Positions 10,558 to 23,100 of a DNA stretch of 64,000 nt are shown here, piece after piece. This DNA is from Candidatus Cloacimonadales bacterium (GTDB lineage: Bacteria; Cloacimonadota; Cloacimonadia; Cloacimonadales; JAIOQZ01): assembly GCA_963674825.1 (NCBI GenBank), contig OY771587.1:3744001-3808000 (forward strand). Reading direction: 5' to 3'. The first letter of the stretch is position 1; every line of letters begins with the position of its first letter. The notes beneath the pieces were generated by a model. It was not told where the DNA came from and searched no databases. It saw only the letters and a program-made list of their open reading frames with translations. The translations under genes were made by a program, and so were the position numbers.

Positions 10558-12978
10558 CTATTCAAACCGGAGAATATCCGCCGGATTCCGGTTTACTGTG
10601 TGAAGCGTATAATAGAGCGTCGTGATCACCGCGATCAGAATAGTGATCACGAACACCAGCAGGAATATCCACGGCTGAATGGTAATTCGCCATTCGAAGT
10701 TACGCAACCAGTGCTCCATACCAATCCAGGTAATGGGGATCGCGAGAATATTCGCCAGCACAACCCATTGAATCTGCTCCTTCATGACGAGCACCAGCAA
10801 GCGATTAAGCCTGGCGCCATGTACCTTCCTGACGGCTATCTCCTTGCTGCGCTGAATATTGCTATAGGCTGTAAGCGCGACCAATCCCAGAATGGAAATA
10901 AATATCGCCAGCCCTGCAAACACACCGAAAACCTGTCCGAATTGCCTGTCCTTGCTAAATTGCCGCCTGAAGAATTCATCCAGGAAGAAGTAATGAAACG
11001 GATTGCCAGGATAGTATCGATCCCATAGCTCGCGGATGATCGGGATAGTCTCCGATAAAGCGTCTTCGCGAATACGGAAGACATGAAAAGCCTTATAACC
11101 GCTGACATGCGGGAACAAGAGCGGTTTTACGGGAAGCTTGGGACTCATCTGGTTATAATTCTCGATCACACCGACTATCTTGCGTTCCACTTTCCCCTGA
11201 TACACGATCTCATCAATCGCCTCCTCCGGGTTTTGATAGCCATAGAAGTCAAGCGCTGCCCGATTGATGACAGCTGCCGAGTCGTCCGTTGGAAACGAGC
11301 GGATGTCGAAGTTACGGCCAGCAAGCACAGGGATTTCGAAGAAAGGAATATAATTTTCATCGATTCCGACGAGGTACATCACTTCGTTCTCGGAAGATTC
11401 ACTACCTTTTCTGTACGATCCGTTTGCCCAGAAGATTTCCTCACCTGGAATGTTCGTTCCGCGCGTGAAACCAGTGATTTGCGGTATTTTCCGAATCTCT
11501 TCCTCGAATGCGCGATGACTGGCTCCAAGCAGCGAATCCGAAGCAAAGACACTGGGTTCGTGCAAGACCAGCACACGATCGATATTCACACCGATATCTT
11601 TGTTTTCAAGATGCTGCATCTGCTGGAAGACAAGAATCGTACATGCGATGAGTGCCGCCGAAACCGTAAACTGGAACACCACCAGTATCTTCTTCATCAG
11701 GGAACCCGAACGTGACCGAGCAAAGCTACCTTTGAGGACAATGACCGGATCGAACGCCGATTGAACAAAGGCGGGATAGAGATTGGTCAGGGTAGCGCCA
11801 CCAACAAACAGGATTATCAGCCACAGCCAGTAACCGGAGTTGAGCAGCAATCTGAATCCGAGTTCCGCACCGGTAAACTGCCTGAACCATGGTTGAACAG
11901 CTTCCACAATCAGGATCGCCAGCGTGAAAGCGATAAGATTCGTGATCAGCGATTCGAAGATGAATTGCCGGATCAGCACATGCCGCTCCGCGCCACAAAC
12001 CTTGCGCAGGCCCACCTCCCTGGCTCGTCCAAGCGCGCTGGTAACCGAAAGATTGATATAGTTAATCCACGCCAGAATAAGGATGAACACCGCCACCAAC
12101 GTCAGGAGTTGCACTGCCTGACCATCGCCCTGCTCATCTGCTTCCGATTCTTGTAATAGATGTGAATAGAGATGGATATCCGACATCGGCTGTAGCAGGA
12201 ATTCCATGTCCATGACCTGTTCATTGATGTCAGGATTGATAGCTTTGTCATGCAGCCATGCATTGAACTTGCGGTTGAATTCATTTGGATCCGTTCCCGG
12301 CTGCATCAGAACATACGTGTTGAAATCATACCAGCCCCAAGCGGTCTCGGCATTCTCTCCAGCCCACTCAACCAACGTCGCGAAGGACAGGATCCCAGTA
12401 AATTTGATGTGCGAATTGTGAGGAACATCGATACAGACACCCGTCACCTCGAAATCATGCTCGCCATCCACCTTGACCGTCTGGCCTACCGGATCCTCAT
12501 CCCCAAAAAGCTGCTTCGCCATCGATTCACAGAGCACCATCGTGAATGGACGCACCAGCGCTGAATCGGCATCGCCGTGAATGATGGGGAAATCGAGCAG
12601 TGTCGTGAAATTCGGCCAGGCAAATTCTACCTTGTCTTGCCGGATCGATTTCTCACCAACCGTTAAGATACAGCGCCAGGGGAAAGCTTTGGTGTGGTCC
12701 AGCGCTTCGGGGAAATTCTCAACCATCGCCGGACCTACCGCCGGTACGGCTGCCGCGCACGCCACGCGCAGTTCTCCATCCTGATAGATGTTGTACTGTA
12801 CGCGATAGAGATTTTCGTAGTTACCGTGAAAGGTATCGTAGCTTTTCTCGTATGCTACATACATCAGTATAAGCAGACACGCTGCCATTCCGATGACCAG
12901 ACCGCTGATCGTGATGAACGTGAAGGATTTGTGATTGCGTATATGCCGGAAATACATCTTCAGAGCTTTCAAGAACAT
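10558..12978 (-). CDS. ABC transporter permease (duplicated MacB-PCD/FtsX)
   Basis: Two periplasmic+FtsX repeats with REVGLRKVCGA and KEIAVRKVHGA motifs; ends NPADILRFE. Confidence 0.92.
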   Translation of the reverse strand: MFLKALKMYFRHIRNHKSFTFITISGLVIGMAACLLILMYVAYEKSYDTFHGNYENLYRVQYNIYQDGELRVACAAAVPAVGPAMVENFPEALDHTKAFPWRCILTVGEKSIRQDKVEFAWPNFTTLLDFPIIHGDADSALVRPFTMVLCESMAKQLFGDEDPVGQTVKVDGEHDFEVTGVCIDVPHNSHIKFTGILSFATLVEWAGENAETAWGWYDFNTYVLMQPGTDPNEFNRKFNAWLHDKAINPDINEQVMDMEFLLQPMSDIHLYSHLLQESEADEQGDGQAVQLLTLVAVFILILAWINYINLSVTSALGRAREVGLRKVCGAERHVLIRQFIFESLITNLIAFTLAILIVEAVQPWFRQFTGAELGFRLLLNSGYWLWLIILFVGGATLTNLYPAFVQSAFDPVIVLKGSFARSRSGSLMKKILVVFQFTVSAALIACTILVFQQMQHLENKDIGVNIDRVLVLHEPSVFASDSLLGASHRAFEEEIRKIPQITGFTRGTNIPGEEIFWANGSYRKGSESSENEVMYLVGIDENYIPFFEIPVLAGRNFDIRSFPTDDSAAVINRAALDFYGYQNPEEAIDEIVYQGKVERKIVGVIENYNQMSPKLPVKPLLFPHVSGYKAFHVFRIREDALSETIPIIRELWDRYYPGNPFHYFFLDEFFRRQFSKDRQFGQVFGVFAGLAIFISILGLVALTAYSNIQRSKEIAVRKVHGARLNRLLVLVMKEQIQWVVLANILAIPITWIGMEHWLRNFEWRITIQPWIFLLVFVITILIAVITTLYYTLHTVNRNPADILRFE

Positions 12979-13079
12979 TGCTTTATCCTCTTTGATTCAA
13001 AGGTGGACAGTAAGTGTATGAAAACGAACAAGAATCTTTTCTTATTCTGCCTGGTATGACATCTTCATCAACGAAGAGG

Positions 13080-14288
13080 CTATATCATTCTCTTCAGGGT
13101 TAAAATCATCGTGATATACTCATCTCCGCGTTGAACAAGAAGAGTGAGCTTCCTTCCGTGTTCGCTGCTGACGATATCGAGGTAGTCGATGATGGACATT
13201 CCATTGGTTGGCGTTCCATTGATCTCGATCAGCTTGTCATCGATCTGTAAGCCGGCTTCCTCAGCGGCAGAATCGGGCATGATTACTTTCACGAAGTACC
13301 CTTTTGCGATCTTCATGCCGCTCATGTTATAGTCATAAGGCCTATCGATGAAGCGGTTTGGCGTAAGATAGAGCCGCTGCCCTATGTAGTCGAAAACCAT
13401 TGTGAAGCGCGATAACAGCGGTAGTCCCACCACACCCAGGCTGGTGGGCTCGATGCGCATCTCATCACGATTACCGAATGCAGCCAGCTCGTTTTTGAAC
13501 GTCTGTCCAGCGAAAGTCATCTCGCGAACGCGCCCCAGATAACCCGTCATCGGTCCCTGCGCGCCGTATCCGAGAACGGTTTCCAGCTTCTTCTCCGGCG
13601 GAACGATGCCTTTTTCTTCGTCCAAGACGAGCTTCAGCAAACTCGTGCCACCGAAATCGATATCGATGATGTCATCCAGCACGGTTCCGTTTTCCAGCTT
13701 GATTTTGATCGGGATGGAATATCCGCCATCCTCCCATGCTGTCATGGGCAAGATCGCGGTATTCTCGGAAGGCTCATATGTATCAGGTCTGTGTAGTATC
13801 GCTACATTCTTTTCGAAATCGAATTCTACTTGAAAGTGGCTGAAAAAGGTATTGCTGATCTGCCCGTCAACACTGGGAAACATCCGCGTATAGCCGGCTG
13901 ATGCAGGCGAGATGAAGCACTCCTGATCGTGGAATGTCACATCGCCGATTGTTATGCTAACGCCCTCTGTCGAAACAGCTTCTGTGCGTTCACCACTTCC
14001 AGCGCCACCGATGGTGAGCGAATCGCCCTGGATTAATCCGAGCTTATCGACGACCGGGGTTCCGAAGAACCATATCTGGTCCCACAGCCTGCCGTTGTCG
14101 ATCATGAGACGAAGCGGTATACCGTTTATCTCGGCATCGAATACGGGTTTTCCGTCGACGATGTCATAGGGAACCCGGATAGGGCCTTTGACGTCTGTTT
14201 CGTAACTTCCAACCGGGGTGATCGATTCGCTGAACATGCATAGCACTCCTGTGAATAGTAGTGTGAATAGCAGAAAACGTCTTATCAT
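13080..14288 (-). CDS. Retropepsin-like aspartyl protease with C-terminal PDZ domain
   Basis: Signal peptide; two lobes with MIDNG and DIDFGG (variants of DTG); PDZ SAAEEAGLQIDDKLIEING. Confidence 0.75.
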   Translation of the reverse strand: MIRRFLLFTLLFTGVLCMFSESITPVGSYETDVKGPIRVPYDIVDGKPVFDAEINGIPLRLMIDNGRLWDQIWFFGTPVVDKLGLIQGDSLTIGGAGSGERTEAVSTEGVSITIGDVTFHDQECFISPASAGYTRMFPSVDGQISNTFFSHFQVEFDFEKNVAILHRPDTYEPSENTAILPMTAWEDGGYSIPIKIKLENGTVLDDIIDIDFGGTSLLKLVLDEEKGIVPPEKKLETVLGYGAQGPMTGYLGRVREMTFAGQTFKNELAAFGNRDEMRIEPTSLGVVGLPLLSRFTMVFDYIGQRLYLTPNRFIDRPYDYNMSGMKIAKGYFVKVIMPDSAAEEAGLQIDDKLIEINGTPTNGMSIIDYLDIVSSEHGRKLTLLVQRGDEYITMILTLKRMI

Positions 14289-14464
14289 GTGTGTCTCCCA
14301 ATCATGTGGTCATGTAATCATTTGCAATTCATGTGCCATAGCGAAATGAAGGGATTGCAGGAACCCTTCACAATCCTATACGCGGCATCCAGAAAAATTA
14401 AAATTGACAAGCGATTGATTATATTGCATGTTATGGTATCAACTACGGAACTTCTGGAGGGAAC

Positions 14465-16597
14465 ATGAGAAACGGTTTGTTGATCTCGCTTGTCATTATG
14501 GTAGGGTTTATTGCAAACATCTCCGCCCAGGACTGCTGGAATATGGAATTGGTTGATCGATACATTGTCTCCCCATTCTGCTTCATTACCGATATGATTG
14601 CAATTGATGACTATGTTCTGGTGCTGGACCGCGAAGCAGGGCTTGTAATCGTGAACTGCCAATCTCCAGGCGAACCATACGTCGTCGGTATTTGCGGTTC
14701 GCCAGATTATGGCTATAACATGGCTGTTTCCGGTGATTACGTGTATATCGCGGATTCGGAAAACGCGTTTCGTATCATCGATATCAGCAATCGTACAGAA
14801 CCAACAGAAGTATATTGCCTCGAAACTTCTGGCTCTGTTCAATCCGTTGCGGTGTCGGGGAATTACGTCTATTTCGGCGTACGCGATGATGGATTGTATA
14901 TCATGGATATCAGTAATCCTTCTGAACCGCTCGTGGTCAATGTTCTCGAAAACCTGTCACAGGTCATCAGCCTGGAAGCTCAGGGTGAGACGCTGTTTAT
15001 ATCTTATTACATCAACAATCATGCAAGATTGTACATATACGATATCAGCGATCCGGAATATCCATATCAGGTATTCAATTATTACAATGGATTAAGCATC
15101 ATTAAAAACATTGGCATAGAGGATGATATTGCAGTTTTTGCCAGCGATCATATTGTCAGAATCTTCGATATCAGCGATCCTTCTGATCCAGATGAATTAG
15201 CAGATTTACCTGCCTACTCTGTTTATGACGCAGTTATCCATGATGATCATATTTATCTATCAGACCATATATCGGATCTTACCATTTTCGATATCAGTGA
15301 ACCTGAAGCTCCTGTTACAGTTTATGTTGACAATCATCAAACACATTGCGCAAGAGTAGCAGTAACTGAGAATTATGCGTTCTTTGGCAATATCGATTTT
15401 ACTGCTTACTGTGTGGAAGATCCTTCTGAACCAATGCAGATTGGGTACATTCCGTCTTTGGGAAGCATCAAAGATGTGAAAATCGATGACCCAAATGCGT
15501 ATGCCCTAACGAATGACAACTTCCTGATACTTGATTCTGAAAGCCAGGATCGCATTTCAGTGATTGGGTCGTATGAAATGACAAATGCTGAAGCATTCGA
15601 GGTCTCGGGCGACTACGCTTATATTACGTGCACTCTCGATGGGCTGTACGTTCTTGATATCAGTAATCCTCACAGCCCGGAGTGTGTAGGATACATTGAC
15701 ATTTCCAGCAGTACGAATAGCCTTATGTTTGCTGAAAACTACGTGTATATCCCCTGTGCGGTCGGGATGCACATCATCGATGTAAGCGATCCGACAGTGC
15801 CACATCTTACCGATACCTATTATTCTTCGAGCTCAAAAGGAGTCTATGTTTCTGGTGGCTATGCCTATCTGGCAATGGGGCTCGGTGGTTTGCGTATCGT
15901 CGATATAAGCGATCCGAATGATCCATTTCTGGTTTCGGAACTATCTATTGACGGAGATGCCGTGAATGTTTGCACATCTGGAGATTATGCTTACATAGGC
16001 GATTTCAATGGCGCTGTATGGATCATCGATGTATCCGATATTGAAAATCCTATTCCATTGTGTTGCTATGAACTGCCTGATCATGCTGTTGACATAGAAA
16101 TCGTGGGTACAGATCTGTTTATCGCGAATTACAACCACGGTATCCGGGTCCTCGACGTGAGTGATCCCGCATATCCCGTGGAAACAGGTTATTACCAGAC
16201 CATCGGCACTGCCCGATCGCTGGAAGTTGTCGATAACCTGGTTTATGTCGCAGACGGGAGCAACTTAGGCATCTACGACTGCACTGCCGCGGATGTCCAG
16301 ACGGATGACACGCCTACTGTTCTAATGGCTTTGCACGGAAACTACCCCAACCCATTCAACCCGGAGACGACGATCAGCTTCAGCGTTCCGCAGACTGGTG
16401 TTGTGACACTTGCCGTTTACAACATCAAGGGCCAGAAGGTCAAAACGCTGGTCAGCGATACACTCGAAATGGGACAGCACACAGCTACCTGGAAAGGTAC
16501 GGACAACGCCGGAAAGAGCGTATCTTCAGGCATCTACTTCTACCGCCTGGAAGCAGACGGGAAAACCGCAACCAAGAAGATGTTGCTGCTGAAATAG
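14465..16597 (+). CDS. LVIVD-repeat beta-propeller protein with FlgD-Ig/T9SS-type C-terminal sorting domain
   Basis: Many GLxIxDISxPxxP repeats; C-terminal [12 protein letters not shown]...KKMLLLK; signal peptide. Confidence 0.9.
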   Translation: MRNGLLISLVIMVGFIANISAQDCWNMELVDRYIVSPFCFITDMIAIDDYVLVLDREAGLVIVNCQSPGEPYVVGICGSPDYGYNMAVSGDYVYIADSENAFRIIDISNRTEPTEVYCLETSGSVQSVAVSGNYVYFGVRDDGLYIMDISNPSEPLVVNVLENLSQVISLEAQGETLFISYYINNHARLYIYDISDPEYPYQVFNYYNGLSIIKNIGIEDDIAVFASDHIVRIFDISDPSDPDELADLPAYSVYDAVIHDDHIYLSDHISDLTIFDISEPEAPVTVYVDNHQTHCARVAVTENYAFFGNIDFTAYCVEDPSEPMQIGYIPSLGSIKDVKIDDPNAYALTNDNFLILDSESQDRISVIGSYEMTNAEAFEVSGDYAYITCTLDGLYVLDISNPHSPECVGYIDISSSTNSLMFAENYVYIPCAVGMHIIDVSDPTVPHLTDTYYSSSSKGVYVSGGYAYLAMGLGGLRIVDISDPNDPFLVSELSIDGDAVNVCTSGDYAYIGDFNGAVWIIDVSDIENPIPLCCYELPDHAVDIEIVGTDLFIANYNHGIRVLDVSDPAYPVETGYYQTIGTARSLEVVDNLVYVADGSNLGIYDCTAADVQTDDTPTVLMALHGNYPNPFNPETTISFSVPQTGVVTLAVYNIKGQKVKTLVSDTLEMGQHTATWKGTDNAGKSVSSGIYFYRLEADGKTATKKMLLLK

Positions 16598-16599
16598 AC
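16340..16599 (+). repeat. CTD-encoding 260-bp repeat, copy 1
   Basis: 10 mismatches in 260 bp against 19826-20085 (manual alignment). Confidence 0.93.
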
Positions 16600-16871
16600 T
16601 CCGGCTACTGAAACAATTCCGTTTTAATAACATCGTTCTAACGTACATTGTTTTTAAGACGAGAAGGCAATCTCATGGGTTTCTCTCTTCACGAGAAGAG
16701 AAAGCGTAAATTTAATTTTCGCTCATAACATATATTAACTAAAGCATTTATATATTTACTGAATATGATTCTTATATTTTCATCTTGGCAGACCACGCTT
16801 TCGCAATAATATTTCTTTGTTCAAGAATGAGGGCTGTAATATACATTCATGCCACTATTGTGGGATTATTC

Positions 16872-17906
16872 GGCTTAATGGACAAAATGGTTGCTATTTC
16901 GCCAGAATTTCATCGATCATTTTACGTTTTCTCCATGGTTTAATGCCCGGATGATTTCTTAGCTTTCTTTTCAGCATTGAGAATGTCCCTTCCAGAGAAT
17001 TCGTGGTGTTAGGGATGCCTCGATCTGGGTAATCCTGATAAATGAATAGGAAAGGGAGATTCGTTTTTAAGCTTCTGATTGCGCTACGTAATCTCCGATG
17101 AGTATAGTGCCATTTTCCAGTTTCCAGATTGAAGGTTTTCTCTCGTAGGAAAGATTTCCATTGCTGTTCCCACATCGAAAGCATAGCTTCAAATTCATGA
17201 CGAGTAGAATGAGATAAATGCCGTACAATTTCCTTCAATTCTTTACCTGCTTCAAGCTTTGGATTGCGAGTTAGATATCGAGTAATGATCTGTACCTGAT
17301 GGAATTGACACATTTGTACAGGGATATCGCTAAAGGCATGAAAAAGCCCTCGTTTCCCATCACAAGCGATTCCCAGGATTTCCCATGATCTACTCTGCAA
17401 CCACCGAATGCCTTCAATATAGTCCTTCAATGACTCATGTTTCACATAAACCCAGAGCAGATTTTTCCGACTCAGCTCATCGCGAAAAACCATGACACCA
17501 AAGCCGCGTCCAAAATAACTGGCGTCCATAACGATCACGCATTTACCTTTCTCATGTAGTTGGATATCGACGGTGACTTTATCGAGTTTGCGTCGAATAG
17601 TTCGAGTTGATATCCCATATCGATCACCGAGGTTTTCGAGTGTCTGATTGCCATGAACATGATCATTCCACAAGTGGATAATCAGATCATTCTCAGAACG
17701 CTTGGTATTCGCAAATACACTGTGACAATCATGGCAAAGGTATCGCTGAGCTCGACATCTTTTACCGTTTTTTTCGTCCTATACGAGCCACATTGGGGGC
17801 ACCGTTTTCGAGTCATTTCTGTGCTCCTACATAAAAACTTGGATTTAAATGACTCGATATAAATGAGATAGATATGATTTCAGCAACCTTTTTTGTCTAT
17901 TAGACC
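16872..17906 (-). mobile_element. Complete IS256-family (Zn-binding variant) insertion sequence, 1035 bp
   Basis: Imperfect terminal IRs GGCTTAATGGACAAAATGGTTGCT and GGTCTAATAGACAAAAAAGGTTGCT; 8-bp direct target duplication GATTATTC at 16864-16871 and 17907-17914. Confidence 0.9.
16894..17816 (-). CDS. Transposase with N-terminal Zn ribbon, split by a frameshift at an A7 run
   Basis: DDE core MDASYFG, CDG, CQFHQ and TTNSLEG. Upstream ATG 17816 (AGGAG RBS) gives MTRKRCPQCGSYRTKK, which joins NGKRCRAQRYLCHDC and the long ORF after a -1 shift at 17768-17774. Confidence 0.82.
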
Positions 17907-17971
17907 GATTATTCCTATATTCATGCCCTCAACAATCAACCCATAACCCTAACAAACCTATTGGAGGAAGA

Positions 17972-20083
17972 ATGAGACACGGATTTGTGATTCTCGCAGT
18001 GTTCATTTTATTGACAACAAATGTTATTGCTACAACTGTCAATTCGAGCAATCATTTCCATGGGACAGCTTTAAACGAGCTGATAGCAGACTTGGATGGT
18101 AACAATTCTCCAGTAACGATCTTCGAATCAGATAGGACCATCGACAAGATATCTATCGACTACAACCGGGATGAATTGAACATCGTCTGCTCATACATGG
18201 GTGGAGATATCCCCAGCATGAAGGTTTTACGCCGGGATGTCACACCGGAAAACCTCCACGTTACCAACACCCACGATTCGAAAGCAAGCGTAAAAAACCT
18301 CGCGTACAACGACTACTACTTCTTCATCAACTACGACTTCAACACGATGAAGACCCTTAACGCAGTTAGCGACAATTTCGTCCTGTATCAAGGCGATTAC
18401 GAAATCGGCAGAGTTCCAGCCGATATGACGTTCGGTAATGGGAAACTCACGCTTCGCGGTGAAATTGTTGTGCCAGGATACACAACTGTGAATTTCCTCC
18501 CCGGTTCACAGATTGGATTATCATATGGCACACCTATCCGAAACTATGGAATTATCAGAGCTTTGGGCAATGATAATGCATCTTCTATCGCCGATTCGAT
18601 CGTGTTTAACGCTCTCAATACTAATACCGATACGACTTGGGCAGGCTTCATTAATCAAGGTAAGCTTTACATGAAACACGTTCGTATCAATAATGCAGAG
18701 ACGAACATTGACGTCAATATCATGTCTGTTGACCATTGTACGTTCACAAGCGATTATTTCGATTATGGCCTGAATATTCAGTCTGACTCCTGCAGTGTAA
18801 CAAACTCTAAATTCACAGGGTTTTACGTCCCCGCCTGGCTAAACGATCCCGATGCTCCCGCAGCTGACTTCACATTCGAAGATAATGAAATCTACAATAA
18901 CCTCCATGGTTTATACTTCTATAGTTCATCCGACACTGTAGATCATATATACAGTCACGACAATGACTACACAGGGGCAAACTTAGTTGAAAGCTCATTT
19001 CCTAAGATAGGAAACTCTTTTATTTCGTTAGCAACAAGCACTAGCCAAATAAAACTGTATAACGGTTCATACCCTGTTCTTTATGGCGGTCATAATGACA
19101 TCATACCATATGGCACATATGCAATTACCGATGGGGATACATCAATTTCCGGTAGCGCAAACTATAGTTATAACTGGTGGGGTACAGATAATCTTCAAGC
19201 AGTCCTTGATATGATCAACACACCTAATCTCAACATAACAATCACCTCTCTTGATTCTGAAGCAAATTGGGATGGTGGTTCACGCAGTACCGACGAAGTT
19301 TCCAATTCAGCTTATGGATACGAGAAAAGAGGCGAATACGACACTGCAATTGATATGTATATGGATATCATCAATAAGAATCCGGAAAGCGTCGAAGCTG
19401 CCCACGCAGCATCAAGAATCATCAAGTGTCTGAATGAAAAGCCCGTGAATGAAATCCTAGCTTACAAAGACTTCCTGCTTTCCTTCGACGATGAAAACGT
19501 TAATACACCGTTATCTCGTTTCAGCACAATCGGCGCAGCTAAAATCGATCGTAAACTCGGTGACTACGAATCTGCAATCGATTCATACCAGAATAGGCTG
19601 AATAATGATCCATCTTATCTGGAATCAATCACTCTGAAAATGAACATCCTGAATACAAAAGTCGAAGAATTCAATACAAACTCTGAAGAATATATCGAAG
19701 CAAATCTCGCATACAGAGATGATGCCTACAAGCAAATCTCCGAACTCAATGCACTCCTTCTCGATTATGAAGCGGATTACGAGATCGACGTTCCGCCGGC
19801 GGTGGAAATACTATCACTCGGACAGAACTACCCCAACCCATTCAACCCGGAGACGACGATCAGCTTCAGCGTTCCGCAGAGCGGTGATGTGACACTTGCC
19901 GTTTACAACATCAAGGGCCAGAAAGTCAAGACGCTGGTCAGCGATACACTCGAAATGGGACAGCACACTGCCACCTGGAAAGGTACGGACAACGCTGGAA
20001 AGAGCGTATCTTCAGGCATCTACTTCTACCGTCTGGAAGCAGACGGGAAAACCGCAACCAAGAAGATGCTGCTGCTGAAATAG
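17972..20083 (+). CDS. Secreted protein with beta-helix-like region, TPR-like region and FlgD-Ig/T9SS-type CTD
   Basis: GGAGG RBS, signal peptide, NWWG motif, TPR-like [15 protein letters not shown]-terminal NYPNPFNP...KKMLLLK. Confidence 0.8.
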   Translation: MRHGFVILAVFILLTTNVIATTVNSSNHFHGTALNELIADLDGNNSPVTIFESDRTIDKISIDYNRDELNIVCSYMGGDIPSMKVLRRDVTPENLHVTNTHDSKASVKNLAYNDYYFFINYDFNTMKTLNAVSDNFVLYQGDYEIGRVPADMTFGNGKLTLRGEIVVPGYTTVNFLPGSQIGLSYGTPIRNYGIIRALGNDNASSIADSIVFNALNTNTDTTWAGFINQGKLYMKHVRINNAETNIDVNIMSVDHCTFTSDYFDYGLNIQSDSCSVTNSKFTGFYVPAWLNDPDAPAADFTFEDNEIYNNLHGLYFYSSSDTVDHIYSHDNDYTGANLVESSFPKIGNSFISLATSTSQIKLYNGSYPVLYGGHNDIIPYGTYAITDGDTSISGSANYSYNWWGTDNLQAVLDMINTPNLNITITSLDSEANWDGGSRSTDEVSNSAYGYEKRGEYDTAIDMYMDIINKNPESVEAAHAASRIIKCLNEKPVNEILAYKDFLLSFDDENVNTPLSRFSTIGAAKIDRKLGDYESAIDSYQNRLNNDPSYLESITLKMNILNTKVEEFNTNSEEYIEANLAYRDDAYKQISELNALLLDYEADYEIDVPPAVEILSLGQNYPNPFNPETTISFSVPQSGDVTLAVYNIKGQKVKTLVSDTLEMGQHTATWKGTDNAGKSVSSGIYFYRLEADGKTATKKMLLLK

Positions 20084-20085
20084 AC
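19826..20085 (+). repeat. CTD-encoding 260-bp repeat, copy 2
   Basis: About 96% identical to 16340-16599. Confidence 0.93.
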
Positions 20086-20106
20086 CAATAGTAATCAGTT
20101 ATATGC

Positions 20107-20136
20107 AAAAGGGACAGCTCAAACGCTGTCCCTTTT
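20107..20136. terminator. Bidirectional Rho-independent terminator
   Basis: AAAAGGGACAGC-TCAAAC-GCTGTCCCTTTT between convergent genes. Confidence 0.88.
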
Positions 20137-20162
20137 CATTTAACATCAGACAATTGCAGAGA

Positions 20163-23100
20163 TTACGGTTGATCGGAGACAACCACGCGATAAAACAACC
20201 GCTGTTGAGAATTAACAGGAAGCTGGATTGAGCTATTCTGCGTGGTGAACCGGTAGGTTGATTCATCACAGACGAAATTGGGGTCCGTCGCAGCAAAGAC
20301 GCGATACCAGATTCCGTTGATCTCCGGATAGCTATTGCCATGGAGCGAACCGGTTGACACAGGCTGCCAGGCGAGTGTAACATTCTGCCCTGAGCTTTCG
20401 ATATCCACGCTTCTGACAGCGTCGGGGACAATATTATCCACCGAATAACCGCTCATGCTATTAGACGCCCACGTACCCTCTTCCGTATATAGTACGATCA
20501 TGAATGTCGTGTCGTTCTGCCCCACACTGGATGAATCAGCCAGCGTGGGGGCGTTGTAGACGTAGTAATGGTTCGTAAGCGCTGGTACAGCCACAACGAA
20601 TGCCCAATAGGTGTCGTCGTAGCGCAGAAGCATACGCTGACGAGTATTCACGTCGTATTCGCGCACTTGGTCGGGACTATCGAGGATGATGTCCGAATCG
20701 GTACGCACCAGATCGTCAAGCCGCCAGATTGCGTAGAAGTTATCGAAATCGTATTGGGAATCATGCTCGCTTCGCCGCCAGAAAATCTGCACGCTACGTC
20801 CCTGATCACCCGGTACATCATGAACATGCGCGATGATCGGCAGGGACTGATCGTAATAGACGTAACCAATATCCGTGATGGATCCATCCAAATCCCGCGT
20901 AAATTGCGGATCACCGGCATCGATGAGCGGTGATTTCAGTTCGTTATCATCCGGGCATGAAACCCAGGTGGGAACGCAATTCTCATCCCAGAGCGGATCG
21001 AGGACTATATTGTCAGAAAGCGATGACGTATAAGCTGATCCTTCTATGCATTCAGGATATTCGAGGTCGCAATATGTCGCGCTGAAATTTGTCGTACCCG
21101 ATCCACCGGCACGTAGAAGACAATCGGAATTACCCCACCATACGGAGTTCGTGATAGCGACATTAAGAAGATTACCTCCGTAAGAGTAGCATGAGATATC
21201 TCCTTCATGCACAGTACTGGTATTGCCGGTGAAAGAACAGTGATCGATGTTTATTTCACCCCCGAGATAATAGTAAAGGATTGGTCCGTCCGGTGCGATG
21301 CCTCCGGAAAACAGACAATGATCTATATCGAGCGTGCCATTGTAGCCGTAAATATTACCTCCATCGCCGTCGGTAACGTTGTCTATAAACCGACATCCAT
21401 GAAAGGTAGCTGTGCTTTGTCTCATCGACACGGCACCACCTGTGAGCGGTGAGTAATTGTTGATGAATGTGCAGTTTTCTACCTCGATATCCTGTGTGAA
21501 ATAGAGGTACATAGCCCCGCCATGCCTGTCGTACGACCATGTTTGCGGAATCTGGTGATCTCTAAATTCACACCAATGGAAATAGGTCCCACCTTCTTGA
21601 GGTGTTGTTATCAAGAAGTGGCCAGTATCGATTCCCTCAAACGAAGGCTCGAAAATAATCGGATTGTCCTCGGTACCGTTCGCCTGGATAGCACCATAGA
21701 CCGCGAATACCCACGGACCATCGTACTGGACAACGACACCCGGCTCGATCACGAGAATCTCGTTATCTGGAACCGTGATATCTCCACCAATCAAATAGGG
21801 GCTGTTCGCAATAGACCATGTTCCCGATACTTCGCCTGAGATATGCAATCCCTGGTCATAGTATTTCCATCCGAGATCGGTGACGGTGCCATCTGGATCG
21901 GTTTCATCGGGATTACCCGCATCGATCAGCGGTGATCTGTATTCATCATGAGCAGGATAGGAACTCCAGGTCGGATTATATTCGCCATCCCATAGAGGAT
22001 CTGCGCTGATGTTCTGGAATTGATCGGTACTGTACCCTGAACCGGCATACGCCGAGACGTTCTGAAGGTCGCAGTAATAGACGTTGAGAACGAGTGTGTA
22101 AGCGTTGCACATGGTGAGATAGGTCGAGCTGTCCCACCACACGGAGTTCGTGAATGTCAGGTTTGTGGTGTGGCCGCTGCTGTTCTGGATATTGAAATCC
22201 GCGTTGTCAAAAGATGAAACATTGTTGGATATCGTGCAATGGTCAAGCGTGGCCGAATTCGCATCCGACATGTAAACCGCTCCGCCATAATGTGCGCTAC
22301 CACCTTCCAGGAGGCAATGATCCATTTCCAGGTTCGATTCAAAAAGGTAGATCGCTCCGCCGTTTTCGTAGGTCATATTGTTTTGGAACCGGCAGTTGGA
22401 TATCGTCGCCGAAGAAGCGAACATCGCGATTGCACCACCGCCATTTCCGCCGATGTTACTCTCAAACACACAATCTGTGAATAAAACATCCTGCACTTCG
22501 TTCATCATCACAGCGCCACCATAGTAATCGGGGCCATCGCCTTCATCGACAGAGACTCCTGAGAAGTGGCATCCATCAAAATAACTACCATCAGCTCCAC
22601 TGCCCACAAGCGCTATATGTCCGGTGGAAATTCCCGGATTTACCGGTGCGAATGTAATCGGACTTTCCGTGGTACCACAGGCGTTGATCGAGCCTTCCAC
22701 ATTGAAGTTGTATTCGCCGTGGTAATAAATTGTAACACCCGGTTCGATCGTAAGCGTTTCCCCATCGGGTATGGTGAGATCCGAATTGATATGGTATGTT
22801 TGCCCAGTCTCCCATGTTCCAGAAACAATGCCCACCTCCGCAGTCAGCTCGACATTATCGAGATAGAAGTAGTTGATCGCATTGGAATTACCCTCGAAGA
22901 AAAACGCAATCTGCAAGTTCCCGGTTCGTGCCATTGAATCATCAATGCACATCATTTCCTGTTCGGCCGAAATATCCTCTGTTGGCGTAATACTCCAGAT
23001 CGTCGTCCACTCTTCATCTGCTCCGTAAACCATCACACCAACCGTATAGGGCAGCGCTGAACTGTAGTGGTCGACTGCGTAATAGAATGAAAGATTGACA

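Noticed and set aside
16340..20085. Diversity-generating retroelement TR/VR pair
   Set aside because: The mismatches are not adenine-specific and are mostly synonymous, both copies are coding, and there is no intact RT in the window.
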